Source of the DNA: an uncultured Bacteroidales bacterium
GTDB lineage: Bacteria; Bacteroidota; Bacteroidia; Bacteroidales; Paludibacteraceae
Length of the DNA: 64,000 nt
NCBI GenBank assembly: GCA_902784425.1
Contig: CACZUS010000009.1
Coordinates: 4,494 to 68,493 of the forward strand
Reading direction: 5' to 3'
The stretch's first letter is position 1. Each line of letters begins with the position of its first letter. The position numbers were made by a program, and so were the translations under genes. Below the pieces are notes generated by a model, which saw only the letters and a list, made by a program, of their open reading frames with translations, ran no database searches and was not told the DNA's origin. This document shows positions 59,998 through 64,000 of this stretch, piece by piece.

Positions 59998-60705
59998 ATG
60001 ACAAACCTAATCGCCATTGTCGACCATCGATGCAGTCCCTTCATTCAAAAGCATCTGCTCAACTACGTCGAGGAGGTTTTTCCCTTCCGTTCCGACGGAA
60101 TCACTTATGAATCGATTTCCTGTCATCCTGACATCTTTCTATACCAAGATGAACAACACCTGATTGTGGCACCCAATGCGCCACAGGAGCTATTCGACCT
60201 ACTCAATCGCAATAACATATCCTATAAAATCGGACATTCTGTCATTGGTGCACTTTTGGCAGACTCCTGTTTCTACAACTGTGTATCCACCGCAGATGCC
60301 TTCTTTCATAAAGAGGGGTTCACCGACCCAATGATTCAAAGCCTCAACCAAGAGAAACGATTCATCGCCCTCCCCCAATCATATACGCGATGTTCAATGC
60401 TTCCCCTATCAGACCATGCCATCATCACTTCTGATGCAGGCATTCATAAGGTGTTACAAAGAGAGCGATTCTCCTCATTCCTATTTTCTCCTGATGAGAT
60501 TCGCATTGCCATCCATCGGAATGGATTCTTAGGTGGCACTTGTGGCATAAGCAATGGCAAGATCTTCTTTTTAGGCAACCCTCTCCGACATAAGGATGGA
60601 CAGGGACTATGTCAATTCATCGAATCAGCAGGACTGGAGATTATCGCTCTGAGCGACGAAAAGTTGTACGACGGAGGAGGAATCTTTTTCCTACACCGTT
60701 CATAA
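59998..60705 (+). CDS. Hypothetical protein, possibly pentein (amidinotransferase/DDAH)-fold-like
   Basis: 235 aa, starting 2 nt after the yitT-like gene. The only hint is GFLGGTCGI near the C-terminus, which resembles the catalytic Cys region of guanidino-modifying enzymes. Confidence 0.5.
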   Translation: MTNLIAIVDHRCSPFIQKHLLNYVEEVFPFRSDGITYESISCHPDIFLYQDEQHLIVAPNAPQELFDLLNRNNISYKIGHSVIGALLADSCFYNCVSTADAFFHKEGFTDPMIQSLNQEKRFIALPQSYTRCSMLPLSDHAIITSDAGIHKVLQRERFSSFLFSPDEIRIAIHRNGFLGGTCGISNGKIFFLGNPLRHKDGQGLCQFIESAGLEIIALSDEKLYDGGGIFFLHRS

Positions 60706-60850
60706 ATAACCAATGTGGACAAAATGGCAGAAAAAGTCGGTTTGGCATGTTTTATGATGTACTCTAAACGAGCAGTCCAGCATTTTGCTACTGAACACGA
60801 CTCATATTAATAATATTAATTGTTTAATTTTATTTTTAGGAGGACTCGTT

Positions 60851-60973
60851 ATGAAAGGTTCAGATGTAAAAAAAGAGAAGAAAGTGAAAAAAACAGGACA
60901 TCACATTCCCGCTTATTTGAGGAATGAAAGTGCAGAACATGAAATTTCACAAACTGCTTCACGGAAAAAATAA
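60851..60973 (+). CDS. Possible small basic protein (40 aa)
   Basis: ATG preceded by AGGAGG at 60838..60843 (7-nt spacer). The peptide is MKGSDVKKEKKVKKTGHHIPAYLRNESAEHEISQTASRKK. A terminator follows at 61021. Confidence 0.35.
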   Translation: MKGSDVKKEKKVKKTGHHIPAYLRNESAEHEISQTASRKK

Positions 60974-61020
60974 TCTTTTTCCCGCTGGCTTAAGTCAATA
61001 ATTTGACCTGCCAAACAAAA

Positions 61021-61059
61021 AAAATAATCTTTTGCCCAATGACAAAAGATTATTTTTTT
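61021..61059. terminator. Bidirectional rho-independent terminator (small ORF / metG)
   Basis: Stem aaaataatcttttg / caaaagattatttt with an 8-nt loop, an A-run upstream and a T-run downstream. Confidence 0.7.
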
Positions 61060-61082
61060 ATCTAGAGTATAGTAGTATCGTT

Positions 61083-63143
61083 TTATCCTACATGAGAACC
61101 ATTAGCAACCTGCTTAGAAGGTGAAATCACCACTAAGTTACCATCACTGTTAACAGCAGACATAATCATTCCTTGGCTTTCCAATCCCATCATCTTACGA
61201 GTAGGGAAATTAGCCACGAAGCAAACCTGTTTTCCAACCAATTCAGCAGGATCAGGATATGATTTTGCTATACCAGAAAGAATGGTTCGTCCACCCAAAC
61301 CATCATCAATCTTGAATTGAAGCAGTTTATCTGATTTCTTCACCTTTTGGCACTCCAACACTGTTCCAACGCGGATATCCAACTTTGCGAAATCATCTAT
61401 CGTGCTTTGACCATTGATAGGATCTGGTTGCCAGTTATTCTTCTCATTCTCTTTCTTATTGTTCTCCAAACGTTGAATCTGAGCTTCGATGGCATCGTCT
61501 TCAATCTTTTCGAAGAGCAACTCTGGCGTACCCAATTCGGCACCGGTCTTTAACAAATCGATTCTACCCAATTGGTTCCATTCAAACGACTGCATATTCA
61601 ACATCTTACGAAGTTTCTCTGACGAGAATGGCAAGAATGGTTCAAATGCAATGGCCAAATTGGCAGCGATTTGCAGACTCAAATGGAGGATAGACAACGT
61701 ACGATCCATATCTGTCTTCGCCAATTTCCATGGTTCCGTATCAGCCAAATACTTGTTACCAATACGAGCCAAGTTCATTGCCTCCTTCTGGGCATCGCGG
61801 AACTTAAAGTTATCCAACAAAGACTCTAGTTTTTCCTTCACATCAGCGAACTCCTTCAAAGTCTCCTTATCGTAGTCAGTCATCTGAGAAACTGGAGGCA
61901 CCTTACCATCGCAGTATTTCTTTGTCAAGACCAAAGCACGGTTGACGAAGTTACCATAGATAGCCACCAACTCACTGTTGTTGCGAGTTTGGAAATCCTT
62001 CCATGTGAAGTCATTATCCTTTGTTTCAGGAGCATTGGCTGTCAACACATAACGAAGCGTATCTTGCTTACCAGGGAAATCAACCAGATATTCATTCAAC
62101 CAAACCGCCCAGTTACGAGAGGTGGATATTTTGTCACCTTCAAGGTTCAAGAACTCATTACTTGGCACATTATCTGGCAAAATGAAACTACCTTCTGCTT
62201 TCAGCATGGCAGGGAAGACGATACAGTGGAACACGATATTATCCTTTCCGATGAAATGAATCAAGCGGGTTTCAGGATCTTTCCACCACTTCTCCCAGTT
62301 TCCATATTTCTCTGGATTGTTGTCGCACAACTCCTTCGTGTTACTGATATAGCCGATAGGGGCATCGAACCATACATAAAGCACTTTTCCTTCTGCACCT
62401 TCCACTGGCACAGGGATACCCCAATCCAAGTCGCGGCTCACCGCACGTGGTTGCAAACCAGTATCCAACCAGCTCTTACACTGTCCGTACACATTAGGTC
62501 TCCACTCCTTATGTTCGTCCAAGATCCACTTACGCAACCATGCCTCGTGTTTGTCCAATGGGAGGTACCAATGTTTTGTCGAACGCAAAACAGGTTTCGC
62601 GCCTGAAAGCTTACTAATCGGATTGATCAATTCTTCAGGAGAGAGTGCGCTACCACACTTTTCACACTGATCGCCATACGCACCTTGTGCATGACAGCGA
62701 GGACATTCACCCACGATATAACGATCGGCCAAGAATGTTTTAGCCTCTTCATCGTAATATTGATCACTTGTTTTCTCGATGAAACCGTTCTTATCGTAGA
62801 TGGTACGGAAAAAGTCAGACGCTAATTTATGATGAGTCTTGGAGGTTGTACGAGAATAGATATCAAAAGAGATACCAAACTCTTGGAATGAATCTTTGAT
62901 GATCTTATGGTATCGATCCACCACATCCTGAGGGGTGCAACCCTCTTTCTTAGCACGAATCGTTACAGGCACACCATGTTCGTCTGAACCACCGATGAAG
63001 ACCACCTCTTCGCCCTTCAGACGAAGGTAACGCACATAAATATCAGCAGGAACGTATACACCAGCCAAATGTCCGATATGAACAGGACCATTTGCATATG
63101 GCAAAGCAGATGTTACCGTTGTCCTTTTAAATTTCTTATCCAT
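61083..63143 (-). CDS. metG: Methionine-tRNA ligase
   Basis: 686 aa. HIGH motif (PVHIGHLAG), KMSKS-like KISTSRN, a Zn knuckle [17 protein letters not shown], and a C-terminal tRNA-binding (EMAP-like) domain. Confidence 0.97.
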   Translation of the reverse strand: MDKKFKRTTVTSALPYANGPVHIGHLAGVYVPADIYVRYLRLKGEEVVFIGGSDEHGVPVTIRAKKEGCTPQDVVDRYHKIIKDSFQEFGISFDIYSRTTSKTHHKLASDFFRTIYDKNGFIEKTSDQYYDEEAKTFLADRYIVGECPRCHAQGAYGDQCEKCGSALSPEELINPISKLSGAKPVLRSTKHWYLPLDKHEAWLRKWILDEHKEWRPNVYGQCKSWLDTGLQPRAVSRDLDWGIPVPVEGAEGKVLYVWFDAPIGYISNTKELCDNNPEKYGNWEKWWKDPETRLIHFIGKDNIVFHCIVFPAMLKAEGSFILPDNVPSNEFLNLEGDKISTSRNWAVWLNEYLVDFPGKQDTLRYVLTANAPETKDNDFTWKDFQTRNNSELVAIYGNFVNRALVLTKKYCDGKVPPVSQMTDYDKETLKEFADVKEKLESLLDNFKFRDAQKEAMNLARIGNKYLADTEPWKLAKTDMDRTLSILHLSLQIAANLAIAFEPFLPFSSEKLRKMLNMQSFEWNQLGRIDLLKTGAELGTPELLFEKIEDDAIEAQIQRLENNKKENEKNNWQPDPINGQSTIDDFAKLDIRVGTVLECQKVKKSDKLLQFKIDDGLGGRTILSGIAKSYPDPAELVGKQVCFVANFPTRKMMGLESQGMIMSAVNSDGNLVVISPSKQVANGSHVG

Positions 63144-63184
63144 TGATATATCGTTGTTTTTTATTGTTTTTCCTAAAAATCATG

Positions 63185-63192
63185 CAAAGATA
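63185..63192 (-). promoter_or_regulatory. TAnnTTTG -7 box for metG
   Basis: Plus caaagata is TATCTTTG on the minus strand, 42 nt upstream of the ATG at 63143. Confidence 0.4.
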
Positions 63193-63232
63193 AAAAATTT
63201 TTCACGCTTTTTTAATAATGCCAAAGCACGAA

Positions 63233-64000
63233 TTATTTTTTTGCTTTACTTCTATTGACAATGGCAACACCAGTAAAGACTAGAATGGCTGCCAAGACCT
63301 TCTTCCATGTCAAAACATCCATACCCAGATAGATACTCAATCCAGAGGCCACAATGGGTTGCACATAAGAGTAGAGACTCACCAACGTCGGACGAATCTG
63401 TTTCTGCGCATACGACACAAGCAAGTATGCAACGAAGGTAGAGAAAAAGACCACCCCTGCGATCAGCAATGTCACTCTTGTTGAAAACTCACCATACGGC
63501 AAGGAAACCAAATCGGTCATACCCAATGGCAAGGAAACAGCAGCAGAGAAGGTGAACATCCACTTCATGAATGTCACCGCACTGTATTTGACAATCACCG
63601 GACGGAAGATGCCCAAGTAGGAGGAGAAAAAGAGTGCATTCAACACAATCAGGAAGATACCCAATAATGAAGAGGAGGTCACCCCATTGGATGCATAGAC
63701 CGAATTATAAATTAGGAACACCACGCCAGCAAAACTGATCATCACACCCACCACCTTCTTTGCCGTGATAGGTTCTTTGATAAAGATAGCCGCCATAAAC
63801 ATGGTAAAGACAGGGGTCAATGATGCCACCACAGCCGTATCCATAGGGGTTGTCATCTTGATGGCCACAAGAAAAGTCATCTGCGTCAGAAACAATCCCA
63901 ACATAGAGGCCAAGAATATCTTCTTTAGATCTTTACGGTCGACCTGTTCCGATTTCATAAAGAAAGAGAAAATCCAGAATAGCAGTGCCGCACCCAACGC
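63233..64000 (-). CDS. EamA/DMT family transporter, C-terminal part (N-terminus beyond the window end)
   Basis: Polytopic hydrophobic ORF that stays open to base 64000. It shows EamA-like repeats of TM helices and ends ...FTGVAIVNRSKAKK. Confidence 0.75.
   Translation of the reverse strand, partial: ALGAALLFWIFSFFMKSEQVDRKDLKKIFLASMLGLFLTQMTFLVAIKMTTPMDTAVVASLTPVFTMFMAAIFIKEPITAKKVVGVMISFAGVVFLIYNSVYASNGVTSSSLLGIFLIVLNALFFSSYLGIFRPVIVKYSAVTFMKWMFTFSAAVSLPLGMTDLVSLPYGEFSTRVTLLIAGVVFFSTFVAYLLVSYAQKQIRPTLVSLYSYVQPIVASGLSIYLGMDVLTWKKVLAAILVFTGVAIVNRSKAKK

Overview
The window looks like a chromosomal segment of a Bacteroidota, probably Bacteroidales, genome. Three things support this: a tmRNA encoding the tag GENNYALAA, recurrent TAnnTTTG -7 promoter boxes, and several proteins with T9SS C-terminal sorting domains. 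I could run no searches, so every homology call rests on motifs read by eye.

Core genes: msbA-like ABC exporter, purB, fabG, groES-groEL, rny, zapA, metG, a heterodimeric ABC exporter pair, an acyl-CoA ligase, a PLP decarboxylase and a metallophosphoesterase.

These are interleaved with lower-GC accessory blocks rich in secreted and cell-surface proteins:
- An edge-truncated giant ORF at 1..4620, which is missing from the ORF track.
- A three-gene secreted-protein operon (8.2-13.2 kb).
- An MBOAT/AlgJ-like O-acylation pair.
- A 20-kb block dense in T9SS cargo (27-47 kb) that surrounds the tmRNA. It holds a 4x Cys-rich repeat protein, a CotH/LTD protein, a 1655-aa protein with a near-identical ~1.06-kb internal duplication and six GCTDxxAxNY mini-modules, and a 2030-aa type-B CTD protein.
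- A PL1-like pectate lyase.

The best candidate for an undescribed system is a tandem array of four paralogous single-pass membrane proteins at 48.8-53.0 kb. Each has a cytoplasmic C-x5-C-x3-C-x2-C motif, a TM helix, a CarboxypepD_reg-like domain, a variable core and a TonB_C-like end. The ends are homogenised, the centres diverge, and one copy carries an in-frame 90-bp duplication of the Cys motif.

I saw no CRISPR array, transposase, integrase, rRNA or tRNA.
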